The position numbers and the translations under genes were made by a program. From Albugo candida (Eukaryota), in NCBI GenBank assembly GCA_040437565.1, contig JBDOQK010000037.1, positions 62,001 to 126,000 on the forward strand: DNA of 64,000 nt. The letters are read 5' to 3'. Within the stretch, counting starts at the first letter, position 1. Every line of letters starts with the position of its first letter. Shown here piece by piece: positions 62,980 to 64,000 of this stretch. The notes under the pieces are model-generated. The model made no database searches. It was not told the DNA's origin and worked only from the letters and a program-made list of their open reading frames with translations.

Positions 62980-64000
62980 ATGAGTGGTGCAACCAAATGC
63001 GATGTTCATCCGTCTGAGACCTTGGTTTCTAAGGACACGCAAACGCTTACCAATGAGATGTTTTCTCTGAAAACAAGACGAACAGTGTCACTACGACGTG
63101 TAAACTGTCGATGGCTGTACAACCAAGTTCAAGCTTCTCGCGGAATCATTCTCATCGACACACGGTCACATTCAAAGTACCTGCAGAATTCAATTCCATC
63201 CGCTCTGTCGCTTCCACCAATGCCGCAATGCTCCTCGTTTGAAGAGATGCTTTCTCACATGACTCCAGAGACCAAAGAATCACTCTCACGAAAGAGACGC
63301 CATCTACGCGATGTCGTCTTATTTGGAAACGTCGCGCGAAGGTCGCTCGTATCCTCCGGTGATGTCACCGTATTAGCGTCTGAGGCTGCTATGGACACAA
63401 CGTACGACCAAATTAGTGAAGACCAAACTCTCGAAGATGAATGGAATCTTCGGCTAGCACAGGCACTCGTGGCTGACGGTCTGGCTACAAGTGTGAAGAT
63501 TTTGATAGATGGCTTTCAGACGTTTCATTATCGATACCCGTTTTGCACATGTTCATTCGAAACGAACTTAACGAATCGACCAGCGCGAACAGGTAGCGGA
63601 ACACATTGTGTAAATTACCCGAATGAAGTACTGGAAGGGTTTTTATTTCTTGGTAATATGTGGCATGCCCAATCAGAAGACGTGATTCGTAACCTTGGCA
63701 TCACACACGTTGTAAACGCGAGTCTAGATATTGAGAATGTATTCGAGCACGAAAACGTGTCGTATCATTCTGTCAAAGTTAAAGATCGACCAGAATCCGA
63801 TATCAGTCAGTTCTTTGACTCCACTTTTGCGTTTATCGAAGAAGCCAAACGCACCAGCCACGGACGCGTTTTGGTTCATTGCACGCAAGGAATTTCACGC
63901 TCGGCAACTCTGATCATTATGTATTTGATGAGAGCGCATCATTGGTCACTGGTTACCGCGGCAAACTTTGCAATAGCCAGTCGGGGTGTCGTCTATCCCA
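62980..64000 (+). CDS. Rhodanese-domain dual-specificity (MAPK) phosphatase; runs off the window end
   Basis: Open frame from ATG 62980 to the window end (absent from the ORF track): IILIDTRS..NSIPSA, DGFQTFHYRYPF, YPNEVLEGFLFLG and VLVHCTQGISRSAT. Confidence 0.92.
   Translation, partial: MSGATKCDVHPSETLVSKDTQTLTNEMFSLKTRRTVSLRRVNCRWLYNQVQASRGIILIDTRSHSKYLQNSIPSALSLPPMPQCSSFEEMLSHMTPETKESLSRKRRHLRDVVLFGNVARRSLVSSGDVTVLASEAAMDTTYDQISEDQTLEDEWNLRLAQALVADGLATSVKILIDGFQTFHYRYPFCTCSFETNLTNRPARTGSGTHCVNYPNEVLEGFLFLGNMWHAQSEDVIRNLGITHVVNASLDIENVFEHENVSYHSVKVKDRPESDISQFFDSTFAFIEEAKRTSHGRVLVHCTQGISRSATLIIMYLMRAHHWSLVTAANFAIASRGVVYP

Overview
Gene-dense eukaryotic DNA (about 44% GC by eye) with short GT-AG introns and very short intergenic spacers. 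The gene set points to an oomycete, and the compactness suggests an Albugo-like obligate biotroph (inference). Oomycete-type genes include a MIT-domain chitin synthase, a 7TM-TKL kinase, a class II HMG-CoA reductase, and flagellar IFT56 and dynein LC4. It is a draft scaffold with eleven 100-N gaps, most flanked by unmerged duplicate overlaps. The first ~5 kb holds decayed Gypsy (+) and Copia (-) retroelement remnants. About 23 protein genes follow: M1 aminopeptidase, secreted LRR protein, Pth, RWD protein, GIGYF, RBX1, RAD1, dynein LC4, PP2A-B55, SDR fusion, NOG2, M16 peptidase, YL1, HMGR, AcpS, chorismate synthase, TPS/TPP, 7TM-TKL, IFT56, MetX/Cys2-like acyltransferase, an unknown gene, PHTF, CHS and a rhodanese-DUSP. 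The most notable structure is a duplication plus a putative ~19.6-kb inversion (about 21.9-41.6 kb) that split a TTC27 copy and left reciprocal remnants of the SDR and chorismate synthase genes. Several unusual domain architectures are also present. No single new multi-gene system could be firmly supported from the sequence alone.
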